64,000 bases of DNA from Bdellovibrionota bacterium (lineage in GTDB: Bacteria; Bdellovibrionota_C; UBA2361; JBGSMV01), in NCBI GenBank assembly GCA_041739995.1, contig JBGSMV010000041.1, positions 1-64,000 on the forward strand, read 5' to 3'. Positions 1 through 10,761 of the stretch are shown piece after piece; the first letter of the stretch is position 1; every line of letters begins with the position of its first letter. The notes below the pieces were generated by a model, which was not told the DNA's origin, did not search any database, and saw only the letters and a program-made list of their open reading frames with translations. The translations under genes and the position numbers were made by a program.

Positions 1-288
1 AAAATTACGGGCAAAACCTCTGACCTTCAAACGAATTTTCAACCTGTTCTGAAAATCCACGCCCTAAATGTAAAAAGTTCCAATTCTTACTATTAATTCT
101 TAAATTATCGAGGTTTGATGCTGGCTTTTCGGACAGCCTCCAAGGCTACCGAGGACAAGTCGGCGGGACGTCGTCGTCTGTGACTGTGTCACAGGCTCCT
201 AGCGTAGCGCTGGATTTTGGCGAAGGAGCGTTACGCGCACGCACAAGCTTGCACCTCAAAAACACTCAGAAATAGCGATTTTTAACGG

Positions 289-978
289 TTAAGCGACGAA
301 CTTGTACCCAACCCCATGCACCGTAAGAATGTGGCGCGGGGTATCTGAGTTGTCTTCAATCTTCTGTCGCAGCCGCGCGATATGATTATCAACGGTGCGC
401 GTAGTTGGATAAGAATTGTAGCCCCAAACTTCGTCAAGCAACTCATCGCGGGTCACCACGGCCCCCTTCTTGGCTACTAAGTAGCGGAGCAAGCGATACT
501 CACGAGCGGAAAGCTCCACGGGAAGTTGTTTTCTCTCCGCTTTGTATGCTTTGAAATCAATGACCACGTCGTCGAAACGAACTTCATCGACCAAGCTAGT
601 GCTTTGGGTACGGCGCAAGAGAGCACGTACTCGCGCGATAAGTTCGCGCATTCCAAAAGGCTTAGCGAGGTAATCATCCGCGCCGAGGTCAAGCCCTAGC
701 ACCTTATCAACCTCGGCAGAGCGCGCGGTGAGAAGAATAAGCGGCACAGCCACACCGCTACCACGAATCTCGCGGCATGCTTCAAGCCCATCTTTCTTGG
801 GCATCATGACATCTAGAATTATTAGATCGGGGCTTTCTTTGGCGACGAGTTCTACACCGGCTTCGCCGTCACCGGCAGTAACGACTCGGTAGTTCTCAAG
901 TTCAAGATTGAGCCGCAGGCTTTCGCGCACGCTCTCATCATCTTCAATGACTGCAACGACTTGCTGCTTTTCCGTCAT
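289..978 (-). CDS. OmpR/PhoB-family two-component response regulator
   Basis: Receiver domain (IEDD, LILDVMMP, LTA, DYLAKPF) plus winged-helix DNA-binding domain (RTVDNHIARLRQKIE, TVHGVGYKF). No cognate kinase is adjacent in the window. Confidence 0.95.
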   Translation of the reverse strand: MTEKQQVVAVIEDDESVRESLRLNLELENYRVVTAGDGEAGVELVAKESPDLIILDVMMPKKDGLEACREIRGSGVAVPLILLTARSAEVDKVLGLDLGADDYLAKPFGMRELIARVRALLRRTQSTSLVDEVRFDDVVIDFKAYKAERKQLPVELSAREYRLLRYLVAKKGAVVTRDELLDEVWGYNSYPTTRTVDNHIARLRQKIEDNSDTPRHILTVHGVGYKFVA

Positions 979-1419
979 GCCCGAAACACCCTAATGAAAT
1001 GTGCCAAACGAAGTATTCAGCAGGGCAAGATCAACTACAGAATTTTGCCCTGAATTTTCGCTTGCAGAATTCCGCCGGAGAAAACCCCGAAAGAAAACAA
1101 CAAACTATGCCCAAAAAGACTCATTTCGCCCGAAGCTTCAAAGATCTCTGAAGCAATCCCTTCACTGGAGGACAGTATACCAGGTTAAGAGCCTTAAGCT
1201 ATTATCTAATAAGTGATTTGGAATGGTGGTTGATTCCACCAGGAAGCCTTGCCTTTAGTGCCTTGAATCGGTAAAACTCCGCTCTTCTTAATACTTTAAG
1301 CTACACCACTACCGCGGTGTCTCCTTTCAGTCACTGAGAAGAGTAGCTTCCCAGGGACATGAACTTTCCTGAAATTACCTTTGTTGGGGGAGGCGGCGCT
1401 AGTGCTTGAGCGCAGGCTT

Positions 1420-1473
1420 GATAGCCGGGAGCAACTGGATAACTGGGAGCAACTGGATAACTGGGAACAACTG
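1420..1473. repeat. 3 x 18-bp tandem repeat (GATAACTGGGAGCAACTG)
   Basis: gatagccgggagcaactg / gataactgggagcaactg / gataactgggaacaactg upstream of rplU. Confidence 0.9.
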
Positions 1474-1570
1474 GCGATGCTGCCAGGCGGCAAATGGCCA
1501 ATAGGTATTTAAGTTTTTAGAAGCGACGTAGTAAAGCTACCGCTTGATGATGAACCGGAGTGAGTTGAGT

Positions 1571-1981
1571 ATGGTCACAGCTGAGAAAGCAACGGAAAAG
1601 AAGGCGGCGAGCAAAAAGTCGCACAAGACTACCGAGACAGCAAAGCCTGGCATGAAAGCCGTCATTCGCTTTCGTGGCGAACAGTACACCGTAACTCCTG
1701 GACAGAGGCTTACTATCAATCGCTTCGAGTCTGAGCCGGGTTCCGCGATCGTATTTGATGAAGTGCTTCTTTTGAGCGCCGACACTGACGGACAGCAAAC
1801 TGTTCTCGTGGGCACTCCTCTTGTTGCAGGCGCTAAAGTCACTGCAAAAGTGCTTGATCACGACAAAGGCAAGAAGGTTCTTATCTTCAAGAAGAAGCGC
1901 CGAAAGGGATACACTAAATCAATCGGGCATCGTCAGCTTGAGACTGAGCTTTTGATTGAAGAGATTGTGGCATCACGCTAA
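1571..1981 (+). CDS. rplU: 50S ribosomal protein L21 (start uncertain: 1571, or 1652 for the conserved core)
   Basis: MKAVIRFRGEQYTV...VGTPLVAGAKVTAKVLDHDKGKKVLIFKKKRRKGY...GHRQ; immediately upstream of rpmA. Confidence 0.97.
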   Translation: MVTAEKATEKKAASKKSHKTTETAKPGMKAVIRFRGEQYTVTPGQRLTINRFESEPGSAIVFDEVLLLSADTDGQQTVLVGTPLVAGAKVTAKVLDHDKGKKVLIFKKKRRKGYTKSIGHRQLETELLIEEIVASR

Positions 1982-1988
1982 TGAACGG

Positions 1989-2013
1989 AAGACGGGTACG
2001 AGTGCCCGTCTTT
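1989..2013 (+). terminator. Stem-loop between rplU and rpmA (weak terminator or processing hairpin)
   Basis: AAGACGGGTA-cgag-TGCCCGTCTT(T), 10-bp stem with one G-U pair. Confidence 0.4.
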
Positions 2014-2056
2014 AGTGAATTTTAATACTGAAGATTTTGGCTGGAGACCTCAGACC

Positions 2057-2314
2057 ATGGCTCATAAGAAAGCAGGTGGTAGTTCGAAGAACGGACGCGA
2101 TAGTCGCGGTAAGCGTTTGGGCATCAAGAAGTACGGTGGAGAGCAAGTACGTAGTGGCAACATCCTCGTTCGACAACGCGGAACCACTTATCATGCCGGC
2201 ACCAATGTAGCGCTCGGAAGAGACTACACCCTCTTTGCGCTAACCGACGGCGTTGTTGAATTCAAGAAAGGCATACGCACTGTCGTGAACGTATTGGCGG
2301 CAGCAGCGGCCTAA
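2057..2314 (+). CDS. rpmA: 50S ribosomal protein L27
   Basis: [24 protein letters not shown]...[18 protein letters not shown] at 2043. Confidence 0.98.
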   Translation: MAHKKAGGSSKNGRDSRGKRLGIKKYGGEQVRSGNILVRQRGTTYHAGTNVALGRDYTLFALTDGVVEFKKGIRTVVNVLAAAAA

Positions 2315-2387
2315 ACTCTCTTCTCCTGCGAATTACTTACACAGGTGATTGTCAGCAGGCGATCGTCATTAGGTGATTATCCGATAT

Positions 2388-3254
2388 TCAAGAATTTACA
2401 GCGCCCTGGGCTAATGACCCCTGCTGTTCTGACGCATTCGGGATCGCACCGTTCGACGACTGATAATTCAGTGCAGCTTCTTTTTGTTCTACCTGATGAA
2501 CTAGCCCCTGCTCCGCTTGCGCCTTGATGCGCCTAACCGCCGCATCCAGCTCTGAATCGAAGGGGCGCATCGCAATCGAGTCAACGATTACCTGTAAAGC
2601 ACTGGTCTCTTGGGCATGCTTTTCAGCGGCGACCAAGGCATGCTTGATAACTTCCGCACTGCGCGGATCTCTAAGACCTCCCAGCACAGTGCACATTCTC
2701 TCAGTTAACCTCTCTCGAGCAACGTCGCTTTTGGGCACCTGAAGATCTTGCTGACCCTGCCCCGCACGAGAGGCGACCTCATCACACGTAGCGCACGCAC
2801 GCTTTGAAATACGTCCAAGTATGCGCGGGTCTGCTTCGGAGCGAAGTACTCCTCTCAAGGCAATAGCAGCAAACATCGAGACATCCTCGACGCGCGAACT
2901 GCAAAGATCCATCAGTGTTCCGATTGCCTCTTCCCGAACCTCCCTCGAGTCTCGCCGGCCAAGCTTGGCTAGTCCGGAAACCGCACTCATTCTGACAGCG
3001 CCTCGGCCATCCTCTAAAGCGGTGCGAGAGAGCAGGATCGCGGCGGCCGGGAAATCTGACCTTGAAAGGCAATTAATAGCCCGAAATGGTTCCCCACGCT
3101 GAAGAAGCTCCCTACCGCGCTCCAGCGGGTCTCGGCCAAGCCAGCCCTGGAGCGTGTCCCCAAGGACGGTGAGGGCCAACGGCGCGTTTTGCATCGGGAT
3201 TTTAGCCAGGCGCTTGTCGTCGGCGGGTGGCTGGTAGTGCTGAGGTCTTACCAT
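2388..3254 (-). CDS. Hypothetical protein with HEAT/armadillo-like helical repeats
   Basis: 288-aa ORF; repeats such as DGRGAVRMSAVSGLAKLG, VEDVSMFAAIALRG, VLGGLRDPRSAEVI. Confidence 0.6.
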   Translation of the reverse strand: MVRPQHYQPPADDKRLAKIPMQNAPLALTVLGDTLQGWLGRDPLERGRELLQRGEPFRAINCLSRSDFPAAAILLSRTALEDGRGAVRMSAVSGLAKLGRRDSREVREEAIGTLMDLCSSRVEDVSMFAAIALRGVLRSEADPRILGRISKRACATCDEVASRAGQGQQDLQVPKSDVARERLTERMCTVLGGLRDPRSAEVIKHALVAAEKHAQETSALQVIVDSIAMRPFDSELDAAVRRIKAQAEQGLVHQVEQKEAALNYQSSNGAIPNASEQQGSLAQGAVNS

Positions 3255-3465
3255 AAAAAACCTGCTATAGTGCCCGTTCGCCTCAGAAGCGCTCCTCAGT
3301 TCCGTAGTCCTGAGAAAAGCGTTCGACGCGAACCTTGAAAGACTTCCTTAAGAAGTTGACGTACGAACCATATGATCTGTTTTTCTTTTGCAATCCTCAT
3401 GCCGTGGCCTGAGGCCAGCAAAGTACGAACAAGGAAACGTTAGTTATAAGCCCTTTGAGTTACCC

Positions 3466-4587
3466 ATGAAGTTCATTGACGAAGTCTCCATTTACGTAGA
3501 AGCCGGTCACGGCGGAACCGGCATCAAGAGTTTTTACCGCGAAAAGTTTGTCCCCTATGGTGGTCCCGATGGCGGGAACGGCGGCCATGGTGGCTCCGTT
3601 ATTCTGATCGCTGACCGGAACCATTCCACGCTGCTGGACTTTCAGTTCCGTCCACGCTGGAAGGCTCCCGACGGCGAAAAGGGTCAGGGCTCACGTAAGG
3701 ATGGTCGAGCGGGCGACGACCTCATCATCAAAGTACCTATCGGTACCCAGGTTTATATCGCCACCAACAGCGAGGCCCCTCCCACCCAGTTGGTATGCGA
3801 CCTAGACGAAGACGGAGCCCAACACGTTCTGGCTGCTGGTGGCCGAGGCGGAAAAGGAAATAACTTCTTTAAATCCCCTACCAATCGAACCCCAGAGCAC
3901 TTTCAGCCCGGGGAAGCAGGCGGACACGGATCGTTCACCCTCTCCTTAAAGCTAGTGGCCGATGTCGGCCTAGTGGGATTCCCCAACGCAGGAAAATCGA
4001 CTCTTATTTCCAGAGTCTCTGCCGCGAAGCCAAAGATTGCTGATTACCCCTTCACCACCATCACTCCCAACCTAGGAGTAGTGCGCGCAAAGGGTGGCCG
4101 CACGTTTGTGATGGCCGACATTCCAGGGCTCATTCCGGGAGCACACACTGGCAAAGGTCTCGGCATTAAGTTCTTAAAACACGTGGAGCGCACCCGAGTA
4201 ATTCTCCACGTGATTGACCCCAATCAACTGGACGACGAAGGCAATGCGCTCGATCCGCTGCAATCATTCGACATGATCTATCATGAGCTCAGCGAGTTCT
4301 CCCCAGAACTCGCCGCGAGGCCTCAACTCGTTGCGCTGTCAAAGCTTGACACCATCTCAGAGCGCGAAGTCGTCGAACAAGCTACGAAAGCTTTCGCCGT
4401 ACGTGGCCTGCAGTGCATCGCAATCTCGGCCGTCTCAGGAGAGAATATCGAAGAGCTACTCGAAGAGATTTGCAAGATCATCCAGGAGCCGGTGAACTTC
4501 GAGGCACCGACTGCATCCGCCAGCGACACTAGCTCCCAATCGGCCCAAGACTCAGCGGCTGGGGGGAATGTGGCGACTGCCGATTGA
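3466..4587 (+). CDS. obgE: GTPase ObgE/CgtA
   Basis: MKFIDEV, GGPDGGNGGHGG, GFPNAGKSTL, KIADYPFTT, DIPGLI, SKLD. Confidence 0.98.
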   Translation: MKFIDEVSIYVEAGHGGTGIKSFYREKFVPYGGPDGGNGGHGGSVILIADRNHSTLLDFQFRPRWKAPDGEKGQGSRKDGRAGDDLIIKVPIGTQVYIATNSEAPPTQLVCDLDEDGAQHVLAAGGRGGKGNNFFKSPTNRTPEHFQPGEAGGHGSFTLSLKLVADVGLVGFPNAGKSTLISRVSAAKPKIADYPFTTITPNLGVVRAKGGRTFVMADIPGLIPGAHTGKGLGIKFLKHVERTRVILHVIDPNQLDDEGNALDPLQSFDMIYHELSEFSPELAARPQLVALSKLDTISEREVVEQATKAFAVRGLQCIAISAVSGENIEELLEEICKIIQEPVNFEAPTASASDTSSQSAQDSAAGGNVATAD

Positions 4588-4865
4588 TAGTTCACCGTAA
4601 TATCAACAACTTTGGGACTCAAAATTCTCTAAAGACCGCGGCAAAACCCGCCGATCCTATTGGTAGAGAGTCTAGGGGATCTCAGGCCCTTAGGGCTGGA
4701 TTCCAGACTGCTCTAAGTTTCTAATTGCCGACAAGGATACGCTTTGATATTATGTAACTAAGAGATTTTTTGGAGACTTTGTCTATTTTCTCAGACACTC
4801 TAAAATTTTCGTTCGACTCCCCCCGATTAACCAACTCACTACTTTTGCGCTGCGATCTGTTGTTT

Positions 4866-4895
4866 TCAGAACATCGGCTCTCAGAATATCGGCTC
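4866..4895. repeat. 2 x 15-bp tandem duplication
   Basis: tcagaacatcggctc / tcagaatatcggctc. Confidence 0.8.
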
Positions 4896-4925
4896 TCCGG
4901 GCCAAGTTCCTGCCTCAGATTGCTT

Positions 4926-4996
4926 AATTCTGGGCAGCACAATAATACCGGGCAGCGCAACAACCCTGGGCAATACAACAACCCTGGGCAATACAA
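4926..4996. repeat. ~4 x 18-bp degenerate tandem repeat (AACAACCCTGGGCAATAC)
   Basis: aattctgggcagcac aataataccgggcagcgc aacaaccctgggcaatac aacaaccctgggcaatac in the obgE-rsfS spacer. Confidence 0.85.
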
Positions 4997-5180
4997 ATGT
5001 GGAGGTGCGTTTGGGTAAACACCAAACAGGCCCTCTCCCTTCTAGCTCCATTTTTTGGGGGCTGGCTTGGTCGCCGAACCTCCAGACCGTGACGCATTGT
5101 TTGCCAATTTCTAAGTTTAAGTTATCTATCTCGTTTTTCGGGATATGCATTTGTCTACCTAATGGAGGAACACCATCGCT

Positions 5181-5636
5181 ATGAAGCAACACCTCATCGA
5201 GGATCGGGGGAACCTTGGAGTGTCGTCTGCTCAACATGATCGCTCTGCGGCTCAAGAACAGGCAGCGCTTGAGAGCGATCGAACCGAGCTTCTGCACCAC
5301 GCGACACTGCTTTGCGCAGAGACAAAAGCCAAAGACATCGTAGCAATCGACGTGCGTGGCTATAGCGACCTTTCTGACTGTATCCTCGTGGTATCAGGTC
5401 GGTCCGACCGTCAGGTGCAAGGCATCAGCAACCGCCTCATCGAAGGACTCTCAGAACACGGCCTCGATCTTGTCGCGGTTGAAGGAATAGAAAAGGGCCA
5501 TTGGGTCGTTCTGGATTTTGGGGCTCTTATTGTCCACGTGTTCTATGAACCAGTGCGGGCGCACTTTGACCTCGAAAGCTTGTGGGCCCAGGCGCCCCGA
5601 ATCCCTGCTGAGCGCCTCGGTGTCAAGGCTGCCTAG
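5181..5636 (+). CDS. rsfS: Ribosome silencing factor RsfS (Iojap)
   Basis: KAKDIVAIDV, SGRSDRQV, WVVLDFGALIVHVF...R..FDLESLW; GGAGG RBS. Confidence 0.95.
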   Translation: MKQHLIEDRGNLGVSSAQHDRSAAQEQAALESDRTELLHHATLLCAETKAKDIVAIDVRGYSDLSDCILVVSGRSDRQVQGISNRLIEGLSEHGLDLVAVEGIEKGHWVVLDFGALIVHVFYEPVRAHFDLESLWAQAPRIPAERLGVKAA

Positions 5637-5836
5637 GCAGCGTTTGACAGGCCAGCGTTGTGCTGAATTCCAAGCTCTCTAACTCCTAATTTGGGGACAT
5701 CACTTGCGACGGGGAATTTCTCGTCCCCGCGTCCCACTCATAAAGACAAGTTAAACGGGCCCGTGCCAAGAAAGCGCACCTCCGACCACGGAGAAGCCTT
5801 TAGCACTGCCGCTACATGCGCTACAGTCCGGGGAAT

Positions 5837-7171
5837 ATGATCTCTCGAATAAATCGCCTCGTCAGCGCCATCTTGATCATCGCAGCATCTTTGTATGTAG
5901 TGATTCTCAACCGCGAGCCTGTCACCATTCGACTTGCACCCTCATATGAAATCACTACCAGCGCCGGGGTTATCTTCATCGCGCTGTTCTGCCTCGGTAT
6001 TGTCTGCGCTGCTCTGGTCGCCGCGTTCTTCGGATTCCGCGCGTATTTGCGAGAGCGCCAACTGCGCTACCGCGAGCGTCTCAGAGAAGCCTTCTACCTT
6101 AATATGCTACAAGCTCGCTCAGCACTTGCTTCGGGTGAGCTGGGAAGAGCCAAAGATCTTTGGCAACAGATAATTCGCCGAGAGCCGTCCAATGTCGTGG
6201 CTCGAGTTGAGCTGTCAAAAACACTCGAACGCTCAGGAGAACATCTAGAAGCACTCAAAGTCCTCGATGCTGCCCGTATCGAAGCGCCAGAAAATGCAGA
6301 GGTGCTGCTTCGCGCGGCAGAGGCTCATATCGCGCTGGGTAATAAAACTGCCGCAATCGACAATCTCGCACTGGCGACGTACCACCAGCCAAGCGCCAAA
6401 GCTGCGATGATGGCACGAGATCTTTCTGAGGATCTTGGACGCATCGAGGATGCTCTCGAATATCATGCCCAAGCTTACAAACTCTCTCCGTCCGATCCCT
6501 CCCACCCCGGGGCCCTCGCGCGTCTTCGATTGAGGAAACTTGTGAAGGAGCATGGACAAGAACCAGTGGCCCTACTTCGCGAGTTGCGTACCTTCGCGAA
6601 AAAACACACTGACGATGCGAACGCATGGGAGATGCTGGCTGAGCATGAACTCGCCGCCGGCAAGACAGAAGAAGCAGCCCAAGCTTTTGTTCGGGCTGCC
6701 CGCCTTACAAAACGGCTGGATCTTTGGTACCGAGCTACTGAGATTTGGGTCAAGGAGCACAACCCCGACCGAGCCCTCGCGGCTGCCCGCGCGGTATCGA
6801 AAGACTCTCAAGGTATCGCCCGCATTGAAGCTGAACTCGCCTTAACTAGAACTCTCATTTCCTTAGGCATGTTTGACGAGGGAGTGCAGGGTCTTGATAG
6901 AATTCCTGTTCTCGCTTTGGAACAAGATTGCACTCTGCCACAGGATCTCTCGGTGGAGATATCGCTACTAAAGAGCATTTGCCTTAGCTCTCTAGGAAAA
7001 ACCCGTGAGGCCACCACTGAGTTACTGCAGGTCGTGAATGGCCCCGCTCGACTTTCGACGGCGCCGCACGAGCCTAGAAACGGTCGGATGGGTGTGCTTC
7101 TTTCTGATTCCAAGTCCGTCGGCAGCAAAGCTCCAGGTGCGCCACCGCCGCCGCGCCTCTCGACCCCTTAA
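5837..7171 (+). CDS. Membrane-anchored TPR protein with LapA-like N-terminal hairpin
   Basis: Two N-terminal TM segments (LNREPVTIRL resembles LapA/DUF1049) followed by multiple TPR-like helices. Confidence 0.75.
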   Translation: MISRINRLVSAILIIAASLYVVILNREPVTIRLAPSYEITTSAGVIFIALFCLGIVCAALVAAFFGFRAYLRERQLRYRERLREAFYLNMLQARSALASGELGRAKDLWQQIIRREPSNVVARVELSKTLERSGEHLEALKVLDAARIEAPENAEVLLRAAEAHIALGNKTAAIDNLALATYHQPSAKAAMMARDLSEDLGRIEDALEYHAQAYKLSPSDPSHPGALARLRLRKLVKEHGQEPVALLRELRTFAKKHTDDANAWEMLAEHELAAGKTEEAAQAFVRAARLTKRLDLWYRATEIWVKEHNPDRALAAARAVSKDSQGIARIEAELALTRTLISLGMFDEGVQGLDRIPVLALEQDCTLPQDLSVEISLLKSICLSSLGKTREATTELLQVVNGPARLSTAPHEPRNGRMGVLLSDSKSVGSKAPGAPPPPRLSTP

Positions 7172-7191
7172 ACTTCGTCCTTAGTGGAGAA

Positions 7192-8775
7192 ATGCTACCA
7201 GTGAAAAAAACTCCGCATTTGCTCTGCATTCTTGATGGCTTTGGACTTAACCCTCGTCGCGAGGGCAACGCCGTCGCAATGGCGAAAACTCCCGTCTTCT
7301 CTAATCTCTGGGATTCCCAACCACACTCCACCCTCACCACATTCGGAACGCGAGTCGGCCTTCCCGAAGGGCAGATGGGCAACTCGGAAGTGGGACATCT
7401 TAATATCGGAGCAGGCCGAGTAGTTGAGCAGTGGCTCACTCGCATCTCAAACGCACTTCGCCGAGGCGACTTACAGGCAAGCGTTGAGTGGAAACATTTC
7501 TTAGACGTACTGTCTACGAAATCAAAAGTGCATGTCATGGGACTCTGGAGCGACGGGGGAGTCCATTCACACAGCGAGCATCTGTACTTGTTATTGAAAC
7601 AACTTCGAGCCGACTTTCAAGGTTCGATTGTGCTGCACCTTTTTACCGATGGCCGAGACACCTCCCCGACCAGAGCTGGGGAACAGCTGCAGGAACTCGA
7701 GACTTTGGTTAGCGAGCTTCCTGGCATCAGCATCGGATCTATTAGTGGACGCTACTACGCAATGGACCGCGACAACCGCTGGGAAAGAACTGAGCAGGCC
7801 TTTCGAGCGGTTGCAGGAATAGAGTGCAAAGAGCGCTTTTCTTCCGCCCGAGAGGCAATCGAACGTTCGTATGCCAACCGGGTTACCGACGAGTTCCTGC
7901 TTCCCTCTCAAATACTTTCTGCAACAGCCTCACCCTCTCAGATTTTGCCTGAGGATGGCCTTATCTTTTTCAACTTTAGAGAGGACCGCGCACGGCAAAT
8001 TATACAAAGCTTGTGTCTCCAAGATTTCTCGGGTTTCAAGCGTCCTGCGGATTTCAAGCCGTTTTCTCGAGACCAAACTCTCTGCCTCACCCAGTACGAT
8101 GAGACATATCAGCTCCCCGTACTGTTTCCTCCCCAACGCATTCAGCAACACCTCGGACAAGTAGTCTCTTCCGCTGGACTTACCCAACTTAGAACAGCTG
8201 AAACAGAGAAATACCCGCACGTCACCTACTTTCTGAACGGCGGAGAAGAGCAACCATTCAAAGGCGAAGACCGCCTACTACTCCCCTCCCCGCGCGACGT
8301 CGCAACCTACGACCTTAAACCAGAAATGAGCGCGGTCGCCGTTACGGACCGAGTCGTCAAAGCCATTCAAGACGGGGGCTACGATCTAATTGTGGTGAAT
8401 CTCGCAAATTGCGACATGGTAGGTCACACCGGAGTGGTTGAAGCAGCCGTGCGTGCAGTCGAGACCGTTGATGCTTGTCTCGGTCGAATGATAGCCGCCA
8501 TCGAAACGCACCAGGGCGTTGCGATTATCCTTGCCGATCACGGCAATGCAGAAATGATGATCGACTATGAAACGGGCGAGCCGCATACCGCGCACACCAT
8601 GTTCCCCGTACCGGTCATAGTAGTCGATGCCGCGAATGGGTCGGGCAAACCGAAAGCCACACCAAAGCACAGACTTCGTGACGATGGCGCCCTGTGCGAC
8701 ATCGCACCAACGCTTCTAGCTTTGATGAAGATCCCTCAGCCATCTGAGATGACGGGACGTTCGCTGCTCGCGTGA
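7192..8775 (+). CDS. gpmI: 2,3-bisphosphoglycerate-independent phosphoglycerate mutase
   Basis: ILDGFG, GQMGNSEVGH, SDGGVHSH, DGRDT, RYYAMDRD, AETEKYPHVT, DMVGHTG, ADHGNAE, TAHT. Confidence 0.98.
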   Translation: MLPVKKTPHLLCILDGFGLNPRREGNAVAMAKTPVFSNLWDSQPHSTLTTFGTRVGLPEGQMGNSEVGHLNIGAGRVVEQWLTRISNALRRGDLQASVEWKHFLDVLSTKSKVHVMGLWSDGGVHSHSEHLYLLLKQLRADFQGSIVLHLFTDGRDTSPTRAGEQLQELETLVSELPGISIGSISGRYYAMDRDNRWERTEQAFRAVAGIECKERFSSAREAIERSYANRVTDEFLLPSQILSATASPSQILPEDGLIFFNFREDRARQIIQSLCLQDFSGFKRPADFKPFSRDQTLCLTQYDETYQLPVLFPPQRIQQHLGQVVSSAGLTQLRTAETEKYPHVTYFLNGGEEQPFKGEDRLLLPSPRDVATYDLKPEMSAVAVTDRVVKAIQDGGYDLIVVNLANCDMVGHTGVVEAAVRAVETVDACLGRMIAAIETHQGVAIILADHGNAEMMIDYETGEPHTAHTMFPVPVIVVDAANGSGKPKATPKHRLRDDGALCDIAPTLLALMKIPQPSEMTGRSLLA

Positions 8776-8959
8776 TCTGCGCCGCAGTACCTCCGCCCAA
8801 CTCGCATGCTCCAACTGGCCCGTTACTCCTCGGCCCGAAAATATCTACCTATATCTCCATAAAAATCGATAGGTTATATTGTGCATGCTCGAAGCAAGAG
8901 GAAGCCATAACTCTTATAGTGCTCGACGACTCACGAAGTACGAGCGATAAGATTCCGCG

Positions 8960-9943
8960 ATGGCAGCAAACTCAATATCGAATAACTCGCCTAAGACTCA
9001 GCCAATACCTGAGCGCGCTATCATTCCGATCGATACACAGCCAGGAACCCCCTTAGAGGCTTTGCGAAATACTGGTGAAATTCCTGTCGAATGCTGGAGT
9101 CTGCGGGTGCCCCTTAACCAATTGATTGAGCATAAGGCCAGCCCAGACGTAATTATCGGAACTTGTGAGCGCGGCGCGCTCACGGTGATTTTGTCGCCGA
9201 ATGGCTCTCCCGTCGATCCAAACAAGATTGGGAATATGTTCCTTCGCGTAGAACCCCGCCAAGTGGGGGATTTTTTATCCGTTGTCGGTGACGCCGCTTA
9301 CATCCAACTCACCACTAACTCATTTGAAAGAGATATCGACGGAAAGAAACGGTTCACTCAAAAACCGCTGATCGCTATCTCCCCTGGTGCTTACGGTTCC
9401 CCGGAGGATCGCCTTCAGAGCACCATCGGCGCACTCGAGGGCGCAATCGACGGCGCACGCTACGGATTTGGGACCTCACTTTCCACGATTGCTGGGTTTC
9501 GCTCAGCGGATGCAGACGCGGAGACAAGGCTAAGACATTCCGCTACTCCACTAAGCGCGCAGCCTCTCATCCTGTTTCGAAGTCGCTTGTTGACTCCGTT
9601 ACAGCGCAAAGACCCATTCTTCTTAAATGTGGCGGGCGATTGGGGCGAGAGACTCACCGAAAACGGCGCCAAATCAGTATCCCCTCAGTCTTTCATGGTA
9701 GAAGTCGAGCGATCCCATGTGCTGAGAAGCCGTTCTGCCGAACTTCGATGCGTGGCAGATCCTGCGAGCGCGATGCTCGTCGTCACCCCTCTCCGTGGCC
9801 CTCGAGAGGATGCTCCCTATGAAAAGGCCTTTGACAATCACACACAATTATCGAGCTATCTGCTTGGCTTTGTAGAAGGCTATCTTGCTGCAAGGCTCAT
9901 GGGCGGAAGTCCTACGAGAGAACGCCGCGCCAAGGGTAGCTAA
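8960..9943 (+). CDS. Hypothetical protein (327 aa)
   Basis: Long ORF that fills the space between gpmI and nadD; no motif recognised. Confidence 0.6.
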   Translation: MAANSISNNSPKTQPIPERAIIPIDTQPGTPLEALRNTGEIPVECWSLRVPLNQLIEHKASPDVIIGTCERGALTVILSPNGSPVDPNKIGNMFLRVEPRQVGDFLSVVGDAAYIQLTTNSFERDIDGKKRFTQKPLIAISPGAYGSPEDRLQSTIGALEGAIDGARYGFGTSLSTIAGFRSADADAETRLRHSATPLSAQPLILFRSRLLTPLQRKDPFFLNVAGDWGERLTENGAKSVSPQSFMVEVERSHVLRSRSAELRCVADPASAMLVVTPLRGPREDAPYEKAFDNHTQLSSYLLGFVEGYLAARLMGGSPTRERRAKGS

Positions 9944-9957
9944 CACTTTAGAACCTC

Positions 9958-10647
9958 CTACTCTTTGTAGAGCTCATGCTCGAGTATATAGCGCTCGACT
10001 GCTGGTGCGAGCAGTCCACTTACGCCATCACGACTCCTAAGGCTCTTACGTATCTCGGTAGATGAGACAGGGATTTGCTGCCCAGGGATATCGGTCATCA
10101 CAAACTTATGCTGCAAATCTACCGGCAGCTTGCCGTGCAAGGCAGACATACGCTCTTGGTCACCCGCTGCACGGGGGAAAATAATAAGCTCGGCCACAAG
10201 CTCCAGCAGTCCTTGGTACTCTCGCCATTGGTCGAACTGAACAGCACTGTCACTGCCCATGAGCAAATGAAGCTCCGTCTGCTTTGAAATGTTTCGCTGA
10301 ATCTCGCGAACAGTCTCCACGGTATAGGAAGGAGCGTCTGGGGGTCCTTCGAGCTCAATGGGTGAAATGAAACAGCGCGTGCCAAACAACTCCTCATTAA
10401 GCGCCAATTCCAGCATCTCTAGTCGTGCCTGGTCCGAAGCCTGGGGCCCAATCGCCTTTAATGGATTGCGCCGTGCGGGAATGAACAGAACACAGCCTGA
10501 AGAATACCGGTTATCGGAGAGCACACGCCGTGCAATAGTGCAGTGGGCGCGCTGGACGGGATCGAAGGTGCCGCCAAAGAGCACAACTGGCGCGGGCAGC
10601 TTACGAAGCTGAGAGGTCGAGAGCATACGAGAAGAAGTGACTGCCAT
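9958..10647 (-). CDS. nadD: Nicotinate-nucleotide adenylyltransferase
   Basis: FGGTFDPVQRAH (HxGH variant), NPLK, PSYTVET, LMGSDS, W, VSSTEIR; start chosen near the conserved core. Confidence 0.92.
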   Translation of the reverse strand: MAVTSSRMLSTSQLRKLPAPVVLFGGTFDPVQRAHCTIARRVLSDNRYSSGCVLFIPARRNPLKAIGPQASDQARLEMLELALNEELFGTRCFISPIELEGPPDAPSYTVETVREIQRNISKQTELHLLMGSDSAVQFDQWREYQGLLELVAELIIFPRAAGDQERMSALHGKLPVDLQHKFVMTDIPGQQIPVSSTEIRKSLRSRDGVSGLLAPAVERYILEHELYKE

Positions 10648-10761
10648 GTATCCGAGAGTACTACACGGCCTAAAGATATCACCAGTAGACCAGACGTCGG
10701 ACGGAACATCGCTTTCTGGAAAATAGGGCACCCTATCCAGAACCCTATTTAGCAATACGCT

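Noticed and set aside
1420..4996. Short repeat arrays as CRISPR
   Set aside because: Units are contiguous 15-18 bp with no unique spacers, and no cas genes are present.
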